Both the position numbers and the translations under genes were made by a program. A DNA stretch of 64,000 bases from Vallitaleaceae bacterium. Lineage in GTDB: Bacteria; Bacillota; Clostridia; Lachnospirales; Vallitaleaceae. Under the pieces are notes generated by a model. That model saw only the letters and a list, made by a program, of their open reading frames with translations. It ran no database searches and was not told where the DNA came from. Where the stretch lies: contig OY762509.1 in assembly GCA_963666005.1 (NCBI GenBank), forward strand, positions 1,251,880 through 1,315,879, read 5' to 3'. Positions 48,763-58,171 of the stretch are shown here, one piece after another (within the stretch, counting starts at the first letter, position 1; each line of letters opens with the position of its first letter).

Positions 48763-49614
48763 ATGAAAAATGTACAAGATATTTATACAATGTCCAATGG
48801 TGTCGCGATACCGTGCGTTGGTTTTGGCACATGGCAGACACCTGACGGAGACGTGGCGTACAATTCAGTACTAAAAGCGTTGGAAGTAGGCTATCGTCAT
48901 ATTGATACAGCGGCGGCTTATGGCAATGAAGTGAGTGTCGGTAAAGCCATTAAAGACAGTGGTATTCCTAGGGAAGAGATTTTCCTTACGACTAAGTTGT
49001 GGAATGGGGCTCATGGCTATGAAGCTGCCAAGGAAGCTTTTAACCAATCCCTTAAAGATCTGGATGTGGACTATGTAGATCTTTACCTCATTCACTGGCC
49101 AAATCCAGCTAAGTTCAGAGACAACTGGGAAGAGATGAATGCTCAGACTTGGAAGGCCATGGAAGAGTTCTATGAGGCTGGTAAGTGCAAGAGTATCGGC
49201 ATCAGCAACTTCTGGGTCCATCATACGGAAGCTTTGCTGAAGACAGCTAAAGTCATCCCTCATGTAAACCAAATTCGATTGTGCCCTGGAGATGCCCCAG
49301 AAGACATTATCAAACAGTGTAACGAACTGAACATCATCCTCGAAGGGTACAGTCCTTTAGGAACAGGTAAGATTTTCCAAGTGCCTGAGATGCTGGGTAT
49401 TGCTGACAAACATGGAACAACGGTAGCGGATGTAGCCCTTAAGTGGAGCATCCAAAGAGGGTTCCTACCACTGCCGAAGTCAGTAACGCCTTCTAGAATT
49501 GAAGACAATGCCCAATTCTTCGACATCACCCTTGATGAAGAAGATATGGCGATCATTGATGGTCTGGACGGCGTATGTGGCAAGGCCACGAACCCTGATA
49601 CGGCAGGATTTTAA
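48763..49614 (+). CDS. aldo/keto reductase (2,5-diketo-D-gluconate reductase-like)
   Basis: Catalytic-tetrad context (DTAAAYGNE, LYLIHWP) is present. An AAGGAG ribosome-binding site precedes the start. Confidence 0.85.
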   Translation: MKNVQDIYTMSNGVAIPCVGFGTWQTPDGDVAYNSVLKALEVGYRHIDTAAAYGNEVSVGKAIKDSGIPREEIFLTTKLWNGAHGYEAAKEAFNQSLKDLDVDYVDLYLIHWPNPAKFRDNWEEMNAQTWKAMEEFYEAGKCKSIGISNFWVHHTEALLKTAKVIPHVNQIRLCPGDAPEDIIKQCNELNIILEGYSPLGTGKIFQVPEMLGIADKHGTTVADVALKWSIQRGFLPLPKSVTPSRIEDNAQFFDITLDEEDMAIIDGLDGVCGKATNPDTAGF

Positions 49615-49618
49615 ATTG

Positions 49619-49672
49619 AAGCTATCTTCACTTTTGAACTTTATGGTTCTTAGGTGGAGATAGCTTTTTTTT
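49619..49672 (+). terminator. strong rho-independent terminator
   Basis: A 13-bp stem (one mismatch) gaagctatcttcac/gtggagatagctt is followed by eight T residues. Confidence 0.7.
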
Positions 49673-49854
49673 GAAAAGACATCTTAAAATTATAGCTAGA
49701 TATTGTGAATTGCCGTCACTGATTTTATGCAGAGATATAGATAACCGGTTATTTTATGGGGGAGACCAAGTGAAAATGCCCAGTATTTGTGAATAATAGT
49801 CTATACGAATGGAAAAATTAAACGATAGATTGTCGGATCGCGTATTCAGTTGAT

Positions 49855-49897
49855 TTGACAAAGTGACATTTTTAATGTTAGCATAAGGTTGTCACTT
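49855..49897 (+). promoter_or_regulatory. putative opuA promoter (TTGACA-18-TAGCAT) overlapped by an 8-bp inverted repeat aagtgaca...tgtcactt (candidate operator)
   Basis: A -35 consensus is present, and a palindrome spans the -35 to +1 region. It is about 50 nt upstream of the opuAC start, and a BusR-like regulator gene lies downstream of the operon. Confidence 0.35.
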
Positions 49898-49943
49898 TAG
49901 AGACAACTTATAAGTAAGTAATGGATTGTTACATGGAGGCGTT

Positions 49944-50909
49944 ATGAAAAAGCTATTAATTTTGATGATGACAGTGGTGATGGCTGTGGCTATGACTGCT
50001 TGTGCGGCGGAAGATAAGAAGATTGTACTTGGAGAAGGGGACTGGGATAGTAATGCATTACATGACCAGATTGTAAAGTTGATTGTAGAAGAGGGTTATG
50101 GTGTCGAGGTTGAGGTTGTCACCGCAGATACAGCAGTTATGATCTCGGGACTTAAGACAAAGGACATTGATGTGGTATTGGAATTATGGTCAGATAATGT
50201 ACCAACATATCAAGACGACCTTGCAGCTGGTGATTATGTTGAGCTGGCGACCAATTTTGATGATAATATGCAGGGGCTTTATGTACCAACCTATATGGTT
50301 GAAGGACCAGATGCCATTGCGCCTGATTTGAAGACAGTTGAAGACCTGAAAGATTATGTGGACCTGTTTATCGATCCTGAAGATGACAGCAAAGGTATTA
50401 TCTATGGTGGACCAGAAGGTTGGAGTGCAACAGCGTTCCTTCATGATAAAATGACGGCTTACGGTCTTTTAGAATATTACAACTTCAGAACCATTGATTC
50501 TAACGCAACGTTATCAGCAACCTTGGCAGGTGCTTATGAAAAAGGTGAGCCTTGGGTTGGATACAATTGGGAGCCGACTTGGATTATGGGACTTTACGAT
50601 ATGACACTGCTTGAAGACAGTTCATATTCAGCAGAGGATTTTGCAGCAGGTATTGGTGCATTCCCATCTGTGAATGTTGTTGTTGCATGTAATGCTGACT
50701 TTGAAGAGAGTTACCCAGAACTTGTGACATTCTTCAGTAACTACACAACATCATCTGCTCTTACCAGTGCCGGTCTTGCTTATATGCAGGAAAATGATGT
50801 TGAAGCTGATGTAGCAGCAAAATGGTTCATCAATGAAAATTCAGAACTCATTAAGGGAATGGTTACAGTCGAAGCCTATGATAAGATCATGACAGCTGCA
50901 GCAGAATAA
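49944..50909 (+). CDS. opuAC: glycine betaine/proline ABC transporter substrate-binding lipoprotein (OpuAC/ProX family)
   Basis: A lipobox (AMTACA) is followed by the ProX fold. It is followed by permease and ATPase genes. Confidence 0.75.
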   Translation: MKKLLILMMTVVMAVAMTACAAEDKKIVLGEGDWDSNALHDQIVKLIVEEGYGVEVEVVTADTAVMISGLKTKDIDVVLELWSDNVPTYQDDLAAGDYVELATNFDDNMQGLYVPTYMVEGPDAIAPDLKTVEDLKDYVDLFIDPEDDSKGIIYGGPEGWSATAFLHDKMTAYGLLEYYNFRTIDSNATLSATLAGAYEKGEPWVGYNWEPTWIMGLYDMTLLEDSSYSAEDFAAGIGAFPSVNVVVACNADFEESYPELVTFFSNYTTSSALTSAGLAYMQENDVEADVAAKWFINENSELIKGMVTVEAYDKIMTAAAE

Positions 50910-51016
50910 TAAGTAATACCAATACAACAAGGTGCTGTTAGATTATGACCCGAATTGCCTAAAGCAGTTCGGGTCACATATCGTATTAGAGGATAAAAGG
51001 AAAAGGAGTGAAGAAT

Positions 51017-51868
51017 TTGATTGATTTTCCGGATTTATTAAGATTTGAAGTAGCGGGGCCGATTGATAATGCGGTTCAGTGGCTGTTGCTAAACCTGGAT
51101 TGGTTTTTTGATGCAATTAGCGGGATTATTTTGACGATTTTCAATGGCGTGGAGTTTGCAATAGGCATCATACCATGGTGGCTGCTGATTATTGGTCTTT
51201 TTGCAGCTGGTTGGAAGTTATATAACCTGAGGACAGGGGTCGTGTTGTCCATAATGCTGTTTTTAATAGGGTTATTCGGCTTGTGGGAAATGATGATCTA
51301 TACCCTGGTCATTGTTATCATCTCTGTCATTGTTTCAGTGGTTCTCGGTTTGCCAATGGGTATTCTCATGGCAAAGAAAGAAATGGCACAGAAAATTATG
51401 ATGCCAATACTTGATGGTATGCAGACTATGCCTTCATTCGTATATCTGCTGCCTGCGATTATGTTCTTTGGCTTCGGTAAAGTACCGGCTGTCATAGCAA
51501 CCACAACCTACGCATTGCCGCCACTGATCCGTTTGACTTATCTTGGGATATCTACGGTTAATAAGGAAGTTATCGAGGCTGGAAAATCTTTTGGTTCAAC
51601 ACCTAGACAGATGCTCTTAAAGATTGAATTTCCACAGGCATTGTCAACCATTATGACTGGTATTAATCAGACGACAATGATGGCAATGGCAATGGTTGTC
51701 ATTTCCTCCATGATTGGGGCTAAGGGTATCGGTGAGCAGGTTCTTATTGCTATTAGGCGTTTGGAAATAGGCGCCGGCTTCCAAGCAGGCCTTGCCATCG
51801 TTTTCTTGGCCATTATTTTGGATAGAGTTCTTCAGGGAACGGCCAACAGCATGAAAGAGAAGGAGTGA
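51017..51868 (+). CDS. opuAB: glycine betaine/proline ABC transporter permease (OpuAB/ProW)
   Basis: Six TM helices and an EAA-like loop (...AGKSFGSTPRQ...) are present. The TTG at 51017 is preferred because AGGAG lies 8 nt upstream. Confidence 0.75.
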   Translation: MIDFPDLLRFEVAGPIDNAVQWLLLNLDWFFDAISGIILTIFNGVEFAIGIIPWWLLIIGLFAAGWKLYNLRTGVVLSIMLFLIGLFGLWEMMIYTLVIVIISVIVSVVLGLPMGILMAKKEMAQKIMMPILDGMQTMPSFVYLLPAIMFFGFGKVPAVIATTTYALPPLIRLTYLGISTVNKEVIEAGKSFGSTPRQMLLKIEFPQALSTIMTGINQTTMMAMAMVVISSMIGAKGIGEQVLIAIRRLEIGAGFQAGLAIVFLAIILDRVLQGTANSMKEKE

Positions 51869-51872
51869 TTGG

Positions 51873-53048
51873 ATGTCAGAAACAAAAGTTAGTATAAGAA
51901 ATTTGAGCCTGGTATTTGGCAAGAATCCAAAGCGCGCATTGGACATGCTGGATGAGGGTAAGAGTATACAGGAAATAAGGGAACAAACAAGCCTTGCAGT
52001 AGGTGTTAATAATATTAGTTTAGACATTGAAGAAGGCGAAATGTTTGTCATTGTGGGCCTCTCAGGAAGCGGGAAATCTTCGTTGATTCGATGTATAAAC
52101 CTGTTGAATGTTCCAACCAGAGGCGAGTTGTTGATTGATGGTGAGAACATCTGTGATTATGATAAGGATCAATTACAGCACCTTAGAAGAAAAAAAGTAG
52201 CCATGGTGTTTCAGCACTTTGGTTTACTCAGCCACAGAACCGTACTGAAAAATGTGGAGTATGGCTTAGAGGTACAGAATGTTCCAGAAGAAGAGCGTAC
52301 CGAAAAAGCCAAAGACGCCATTAAATTGGTTGGCCTGGAAGGTTGGGAAAACTACTATCCAAGACAGTTGTCCGGTGGCATGAAGCAAAGAGTAGGTCTT
52401 GCGAGAGCATTGACCAATGAGCCTGAATTGCTTTTGATGGATGAGCCTTTCAGCGCATTGGATCCTTTAATACGACGTGATATGCAAGCGGAGCTTCTAA
52501 GTATAGAGGACTATATGGATAAAACGATTGTCTTTATTACTCATGACATGAACGAAGCCTTTAGACTAGGCGATCGCGTTGCTCTTCTTAAGGATGGTGA
52601 GTTGGTTCAGATTGGCAAACCAAAAGAATTCTTTGAAAATCCAGCCAATGATTATGTTAGAAGTTTCATTGAAGATGTGGATAAGTCAAGGATTTTAAGA
52701 ATTAAGACAATCATGAGACAGCCAGTAACAATAGCGAAGGTTGATGATAATCCTAAGGATGTGCTTGCAAGATTAAGTGATTCCCAGAGAGATTTTTGTT
52801 ATGTCATTGATGGTGAGACAAAAGAACTTAAAGGATATATTGAAAAAGAAGCGATTGAACAGTCATCAGGTGGTACGGTAGCAGAGCTGATGGTGGAAGA
52901 TCATGAAAGCATCAACCGAAATGCCTTTGTATATGAAGTCTTTAGTAAGCTGGATGAAAGTGATTATGATGTTGCAGTCACAGATAAGAGAAACAGGCTC
53001 AAAGGCGTCGTCAGTAATGAGGATGTTGTGTCCGCTTTGACACATTAA
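51873..53048 (+). CDS. opuAA: glycine betaine/proline ABC transporter ATP-binding protein with tandem C-terminal CBS domains (OpuAA/ProV)
   Basis: Walker A (GLSGSGKSS), the ABC signature (LSGGMKQRVGLARAL), Walker B (LLLMDEPFSALD) and a C-terminal CBS pair of about 130 aa are present. Confidence 0.9.
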   Translation: MSETKVSIRNLSLVFGKNPKRALDMLDEGKSIQEIREQTSLAVGVNNISLDIEEGEMFVIVGLSGSGKSSLIRCINLLNVPTRGELLIDGENICDYDKDQLQHLRRKKVAMVFQHFGLLSHRTVLKNVEYGLEVQNVPEEERTEKAKDAIKLVGLEGWENYYPRQLSGGMKQRVGLARALTNEPELLLMDEPFSALDPLIRRDMQAELLSIEDYMDKTIVFITHDMNEAFRLGDRVALLKDGELVQIGKPKEFFENPANDYVRSFIEDVDKSRILRIKTIMRQPVTIAKVDDNPKDVLARLSDSQRDFCYVIDGETKELKGYIEKEAIEQSSGGTVAELMVEDHESINRNAFVYEVFSKLDESDYDVAVTDKRNRLKGVVSNEDVVSALTH

Positions 53049-53119
53049 GTGCTTGATTTATCTACGCCTAGGCGTATAATATGATAAGGAAAGTACTATG
53101 GATTTAGGGAGAACTTTGT

Positions 53120-53752
53120 ATGGCAGCAAGAAATACGACGCCCAGATATATGCAAGTCGCAGTAGACGTTGCAGGCAGGATTGCAAGAGAAGAACTAAAG
53201 ATTGGTCAGAAGATCAGCGGTCGAACCACTCTGGCAAGTGAATACAGCGTATCTCCTGAGACCATCCGAAAGGCGATGCGTCTTCTGGAAGATGTGGATA
53301 TAGTGACTGTAAAACACGGGAACGGAATCTCTGTTTCTTCCATACAGAGAGCAGAAGAATTCATTGAGCGTTACCGGATTAAAGCCAGTGTCAATGAACT
53401 TAAAGATGAACTCATAGCCCTAATGCGACAGCGGGACCAGATTGAAGAAAAAATGAATGTAGCCATGAATAGCATCATTGACTACACCAGCAGATTCAAG
53501 AACAGTGACCACATTACAGTGCATGAATATTATCTGGGCTTTGATGGAGAACCGGTAGCTTATACTTTGGCTGCATTGGCTTTAAAGGGTATCACAGGTA
53601 TAACGGTGGTAGGTATTAAACGGGATGGTCAGATTTATTTGTCACCGGATGAACAGGCATTGCTTAGTACTGGTGATCGACTGTTATATGTTGGGACCCC
53701 CGATTCAAGTCTTAGATTAGGTGAATACCTAAGAGAAAAATATGAATTATAA
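53120..53752 (+). CDS. BusR-like transcriptional regulator (GntR-type wHTH + coiled coil + C-terminal RCK_C/TrkA-C domain)
   Basis: The N-terminal GntR-like HTH is ISGRTTLASEYSVSPETIRKAMRLLEDVDIV. The C-terminal TrkA-C-like domain is GITGITVVGIKRDGQIYLSPDEQALLSTGDRLLYVG. The protein is 210 aa and adjacent to opuA. BusR of Lactococcus/Streptococcus has this architecture, binds c-di-AMP and represses busAB/opuA. Confidence 0.65.
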   Translation: MAARNTTPRYMQVAVDVAGRIAREELKIGQKISGRTTLASEYSVSPETIRKAMRLLEDVDIVTVKHGNGISVSSIQRAEEFIERYRIKASVNELKDELIALMRQRDQIEEKMNVAMNSIIDYTSRFKNSDHITVHEYYLGFDGEPVAYTLAALALKGITGITVVGIKRDGQIYLSPDEQALLSTGDRLLYVGTPDSSLRLGEYLREKYEL

Positions 53753-53764
53753 TAGTAGCACCCA

Positions 53765-53811
53765 TACTTATCTGATTGATAGCGTATGGGTGCTTTTGTT
53801 TTAAGACTTAA
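53765..53811 (+). terminator. rho-independent terminator
   Basis: A 10-bp stem gcacccatac/gtatgggtgc is followed by TTTTGTTTT. Confidence 0.7.
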
Positions 53812-53903
53812 GCAAAGCTAAATAAGAAACAAATTCAATTGAAAATGTTTCTTATTTAGCCGAAATGATGTATACTAGTGTATATATCATAAAGGAGGAC
53901 GAG

Positions 53904-54227
53904 ATGAACACACAGATGAATGAAGGCTTTCAGCTGATTCACGATATCTTCAGATTGAGATGGATCCCTGAGATTATTGGTGCTATTGCAGAAGAAAAGC
54001 ACCGTTATAACGATATCGCTGGGCATATAGAGTATATCAGCAACACAGAATTGAATCGAAAGTTAGCGCTCTTACAAGAACGTCAAGTGATTGAGAAATT
54101 ATCAGATGAAGAAAAAGAGGGGTATTATTTAACGCAGTTCGGTAAAGATCTGAATCATATCTTTCGCCACTTCATAGAGATGAGTGAAAAGTATCTGGCG
54201 AAGAGCGCATCACCGGAATTGTTGTAA
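53904..54227 (+). CDS. HxlR-type winged-helix transcriptional regulator
   Basis: RLRWIPEIIGAI is the HxlR signature RWxxxIL. The protein is about 107 aa. AAGGAGG precedes the ATG at 53904. Confidence 0.6.
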   Translation: MNTQMNEGFQLIHDIFRLRWIPEIIGAIAEEKHRYNDIAGHIEYISNTELNRKLALLQERQVIEKLSDEEKEGYYLTQFGKDLNHIFRHFIEMSEKYLAKSASPELL

Positions 54228-54245
54228 CAATAGGGAGGTGAGGGT

Positions 54246-54953
54246 ATGTGTGGTCGTGTGACGTTGACATTGGATAAAGCGGATATTGAGGCGATTCTTG
54301 GCGAGACATTCGGTGTAACAGGTATCGCTAACCTTCCGGAAGTGCCAGCTTATAACATAGCACCATCTGATCAGGTACTGAGCATTGTGGGGACAGAAGG
54401 CGGCAATAGAGCCGGTGCTGTTACTTGGGGTTTTGTACCCCACTGGACAAAAGAAGCTGACATTCGACATACGTTGATTAATGCCAGAGGGGAGACGGTG
54501 ACAGATAAGCCCGCTTTCAAAGAGGCCTTTATGCAAAGGCGTTGCCTTATATTGGCAGATTATTTTATTGAATGGAAAAGAGAGGACATTAAGAGGCCCT
54601 ATGCTTTTTCCGTAATGGGTGCGAAGATTATGGCCCTTGCCGGCATTTACAATGTCTATTATAAAAAAGATGGTTCGAAGTTAAGCAGTTGTGCCGTTTT
54701 GACTTGTGAACCCAATTCACTTATGGCGAAAGTACATAATCGAATGCCTGTCATTCTTGATCCAGCAAAGGCAGTATCATGGCTAGATAGCCGAACAAAA
54801 ATAGATATCGTTAAAAACTTGCTGGCACCTTATGAAGCGCAAAAGATGTCCATGTATGAGGTGTCAACCTATATTAACTCATCAAGAAACAAGGGGGCGG
54901 CATGTCTTGAACCAGCCAGTCCTAGACCAGAGCAGATGCGTTTTGACTTATAG
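54246..54953 (+). CDS. SOS-response-associated peptidase (SRAP/YedK family)
   Basis: MCGRV at the N-terminus is the Cys2 nucleophile context. The protein is about 235 aa. A GGGAGGTGAGGG ribosome-binding site is present. Confidence 0.8.
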   Translation: MCGRVTLTLDKADIEAILGETFGVTGIANLPEVPAYNIAPSDQVLSIVGTEGGNRAGAVTWGFVPHWTKEADIRHTLINARGETVTDKPAFKEAFMQRRCLILADYFIEWKREDIKRPYAFSVMGAKIMALAGIYNVYYKKDGSKLSSCAVLTCEPNSLMAKVHNRMPVILDPAKAVSWLDSRTKIDIVKNLLAPYEAQKMSMYEVSTYINSSRNKGAACLEPASPRPEQMRFDL

Positions 54954-55267
54954 TATAGGAAATTTTCCTATAGAATCTTACAAATGTGTGGACACACAAA
55001 AGACACATCAAAGCCTTATGAGAGACACATACCTTATGTATTATAAAGGCATAAGTTAACAAACTATATATTAAATCCCCTCTCATTATAGCCAAGAGAA
55101 AAGACGAGTTCTTTAACCCGTCTTTTTTCTATTTGTCAAAAACACGTGATTTTCCCAATGGAAAGTCCATGTGTTTTTTTTGCGCTTGTTGATTCAGGTG
55201 ACATCAGTTAGAATGAAGAAGAACGATTCATGTAGTTTTATGACCTGAAGGGTAGGAGCGACGGCTC

Positions 55268-55993
55268 ATGTATAAGAACTGTATATTTGATTTTTATGGA
55301 ACGATTGCGGATGTCAAGTTTGAGAAAGACGATGCAGTGATTTGGAATAAGCTATGCCAATTCATGGCATATCAGAACGCCCAGTGTGACCCAGATACGC
55401 TAAAGGCTGCCTTTGAGAAAGCAGAGAAGAAACAGAGAAGCCGCTATTCTGAAGAAGATTATCCGTCAGTGGATATATTGGATGTATTCACCAAGTTATA
55501 TATGGATAGAGGCGTTAAAGCTAAGCCTAGATTAATAAAAGATACGGCTTATTTGTATCGTAGTTTACAGATTAAGAGCATAGGCTTAAACGATGGGATC
55601 AAGGAAAGTTTGACTGCCCTTAAAAATGATGGCAAGAGACTGTATCTGCTTGTTAACGGTCAAGAGGAATTCGTTAAAGCTGAGATTGGTCTTCTTGGGT
55701 TAGAAGGTCTGTTCGAAGGAATCTACGTATCATCGGACTTTCATATGTCTAAGCCATCACCTAAGTTCTTGAAAAAACTGTTGAAAGATCAAGAACTTAA
55801 CGAGAAGAAGACGCTGGTGATTGGTACTCAGTATGTAGAAGACATCAAATGTGCGAACAAGGTAGGTGTGGACAGCCTTTTTATGCTCACTGATGCAACG
55901 GATAAAAAAGCGAAAGCTGAAAAAGCGACTTACAGCATTATGGAGGCTGATTTTGACAAAATGGTTGAAATCATTAATGCAGGTGCTGAATAA
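55268..55993 (+). CDS. HAD-superfamily hydrolase
   Basis: The N-terminal IFDFYGTIAD is a motif I variant DxYGT. Confidence 0.5.
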   Translation: MYKNCIFDFYGTIADVKFEKDDAVIWNKLCQFMAYQNAQCDPDTLKAAFEKAEKKQRSRYSEEDYPSVDILDVFTKLYMDRGVKAKPRLIKDTAYLYRSLQIKSIGLNDGIKESLTALKNDGKRLYLLVNGQEEFVKAEIGLLGLEGLFEGIYVSSDFHMSKPSPKFLKKLLKDQELNEKKTLVIGTQYVEDIKCANKVGVDSLFMLTDATDKKAKAEKATYSIMEADFDKMVEIINAGAE

Positions 55994-56072
55994 AACGATC
56001 TCGGCAGATAGGGTTATGATCGTCTGCAGATATGGTTGACGGTAGATGTATCATCATATATTGGAGAAGCCT

Positions 56073-57152
56073 ATGAAGTCAAAGAATGGGGTGCAAGCAG
56101 CACTCGAAGGGCTGCGGGTAGGGCTGAAAGCGTATATTATTGCTTATGTGACAGCATTGGCCTTCGCATTGGTCATCAATCTCTCAGCAATTGAAAAAAT
56201 TCAAGATTATCTTCAAGGTACCCTTAGCGAGAACGTTGGCTTTAGCTTTGGCCTTGTCATCAGAAGTGCAGCGATGATGATGAATGCCTCTGTGTTCAAT
56301 GTTTCCGGCACGATACAGCTAGGTTTGCTTGTTTTTGGTGTTCTACCTGTGGCGGCATTTTACTTGGCAGACCGGCGGGACAACCTCTCAGAAGGACTGG
56401 ATATGACTTCGGTGATGATATACATTGTTGCCAGTGTTGTGTTTTCGGTCATGGTGATGGGGACATCTTTTTTTACAAAAGGAGAACTCCTGGGTGTCGA
56501 TGTGAACTTTGTGTCTTGGCGGAACTTTTTCATGACTTTTATCATTACGCTTCTCATCCAAGTGGCTATAGGGCTTAATTATGAAAGCAGCCACCTGGTC
56601 GGCATTAAAGGGATTCGTTGGATGTTAAGATTGAGCTTAGGAACGTCTGGTCTCGTGGCTGGTATAGGTCTTGGCATTTTATTATGGCTTTATACCGGAC
56701 ATATCAGTCTGGTGTTGTTGGGGCTGTTGATTCTGTTGCCTAATGCAGCGGTGTATGGCTTCTTTATGATGTTCGGTGTTGGCGTGGAGTTTAATGAATC
56801 CCTTCAAAAGTTATTGGCCTTTGCGAATCTGGATCTGAGTTATACCGCTTTACCAATAGGGGTAAGACTGGTTATGTTCCTATTGTTCTTACTTTTTGGT
56901 GTGATGGGTGTTCATCATCTTGAGAAAGATCGTTATTGGCTGGCATTATTAACATATGCGACCGTTGTGTCACTGGTTAGCCTGTTATTGGCTTATACGA
57001 CGGTGGTTGATTTGGGCGTTGTCAGAGGCCTTATGGACATTCATTTCGGCATAAACCCTTTGAAAGCCTTTTTGTTGCCTTTTGCGGGCTTGGCGGTTGT
57101 GGGCATGCTATATCATTTGGTTCTGCGTTTATGGTCGCAAATTAGGGGCTAG
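56073..57152 (+). CDS. hypothetical polytopic membrane protein (about 10 TM)
   Basis: GGAGA lies 7 nt upstream of the ATG at 56073. The protein is hydrophobic throughout, with no recognisable family motif. Confidence 0.45.
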   Translation: MKSKNGVQAALEGLRVGLKAYIIAYVTALAFALVINLSAIEKIQDYLQGTLSENVGFSFGLVIRSAAMMMNASVFNVSGTIQLGLLVFGVLPVAAFYLADRRDNLSEGLDMTSVMIYIVASVVFSVMVMGTSFFTKGELLGVDVNFVSWRNFFMTFIITLLIQVAIGLNYESSHLVGIKGIRWMLRLSLGTSGLVAGIGLGILLWLYTGHISLVLLGLLILLPNAAVYGFFMMFGVGVEFNESLQKLLAFANLDLSYTALPIGVRLVMFLLFLLFGVMGVHHLEKDRYWLALLTYATVVSLVSLLLAYTTVVDLGVVRGLMDIHFGINPLKAFLLPFAGLAVVGMLYHLVLRLWSQIRG

Positions 57153-57171
57153 ACTCTCTTATATTGACATG

Positions 57172-57198
57172 AAAGCCAGCAGATGTTGCTGGCTTTTA
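57172..57198 (+). terminator. rho-independent terminator
   Basis: The stem aaagccagc/gctggcttt is followed by a T-run. Confidence 0.65.
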
Positions 57199-57313
57199 CT
57201 AATTGTAAAGTGAATGCATAGGTCCAATTTACCAACCCCTTTTTACCCTGTTCAGAAGGGCTGTCCAACTGAATATGCTATAATGAGGCCATGGGAATCT
57301 TCAGAGGATAGTT

Positions 57314-58114
57314 ATGGATCAAGCAATGGTCGTCCGAAGAGAAGAAGGGAGCCTCAACATTAAGATGAGCAGCACGATACCGATAAAGACAGGCATATGC
57401 ATTTATGATAATGCACAGAATATTGTGAGCTGGAATCTTTCTGCCACAGAGATATTGGGCTACTCCGCCTCAGAAATCCTTGGGAGGCCAGTGCGAAGTG
57501 TTTTTCCAATGTTAGACAGTTTACAGGGTCAGCACTTGTATAACATCTTAGCATCTTCTGGTGAAATGATGCACTTGGTGGTTGAACGTTCAGATATGCT
57601 GGGTCCTGACAGCAGGGAACTCTATGTCTTGGCGTTTTCAAATTATACTGAGATGACCACCCTAATGGATGTCGGCAAAGGTGAGTTGCATAGAGACGAG
57701 ATCAGCGGCCTGTACGATGGTGACAGCATAACGGAGATTTTGTCAAACGAAACGAAAAGGGCTTTGCGCTATAGACAATCCCTGTCGGTGTTGGTCGTTA
57801 AGATCAATGATTTTGATGAAATGGATGCATTGCACGGCCCAGGTGGTATAGAATTGATTGTTCAAACCTTGGCCATTATATTGAAAAATGAAACACGAGA
57901 TGTGGACTGCATCGGTCGTTTGAACGATGATATGTTTGTGGTTGGTTTACCAAGTACTCATCTTCAAGCATCCCAAAAGGTTGCGGCGAGAATAGCAAAA
58001 GTGGCACAGCATTACAGCGATGATGTAACACCTTTCACCGTGTCAGTAGCATCGGTAGCAATTGATGAACCTGTGGCAGATTGGCGTCAGTGGCTTAAGG
58101 CGCTCATTGCTTAG
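57314..58114 (+). CDS. PAS domain protein with degenerate GGDEF domain (GGDEF replaced by NDDMF)
   Basis: The N-terminal PAS-like fold is followed by ISGLYDGDS and RLNDDMFVVGLP, which align with the DGC GxxxR...GGDEF positions but lack the catalytic residues. Confidence 0.6.
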   Translation: MDQAMVVRREEGSLNIKMSSTIPIKTGICIYDNAQNIVSWNLSATEILGYSASEILGRPVRSVFPMLDSLQGQHLYNILASSGEMMHLVVERSDMLGPDSRELYVLAFSNYTEMTTLMDVGKGELHRDEISGLYDGDSITEILSNETKRALRYRQSLSVLVVKINDFDEMDALHGPGGIELIVQTLAIILKNETRDVDCIGRLNDDMFVVGLPSTHLQASQKVAARIAKVAQHYSDDVTPFTVSVASVAIDEPVADWRQWLKALIA

Positions 58115-58171
58115 TGAATCAAGCTGTTAACGCAGCATTGAAAATATAGGTGTTATATAAAGGAGTTGCAA

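Noticed and set aside
49614-49944. Possible c-di-AMP (ydaO/kimA-type) riboswitch in the 330-bp opuA leader (a G-run gggggagacc lies at about 49766)
   Set aside because: The pseudo-two-fold-symmetric ydaO architecture and its conserved ACGGGGA/CCGAA segments could not be recognised by eye. The best promoter candidate lies downstream of the G-run, leaving only about 50 nt of leader. A covariance-model scan (Rfam RF00379) would be needed.
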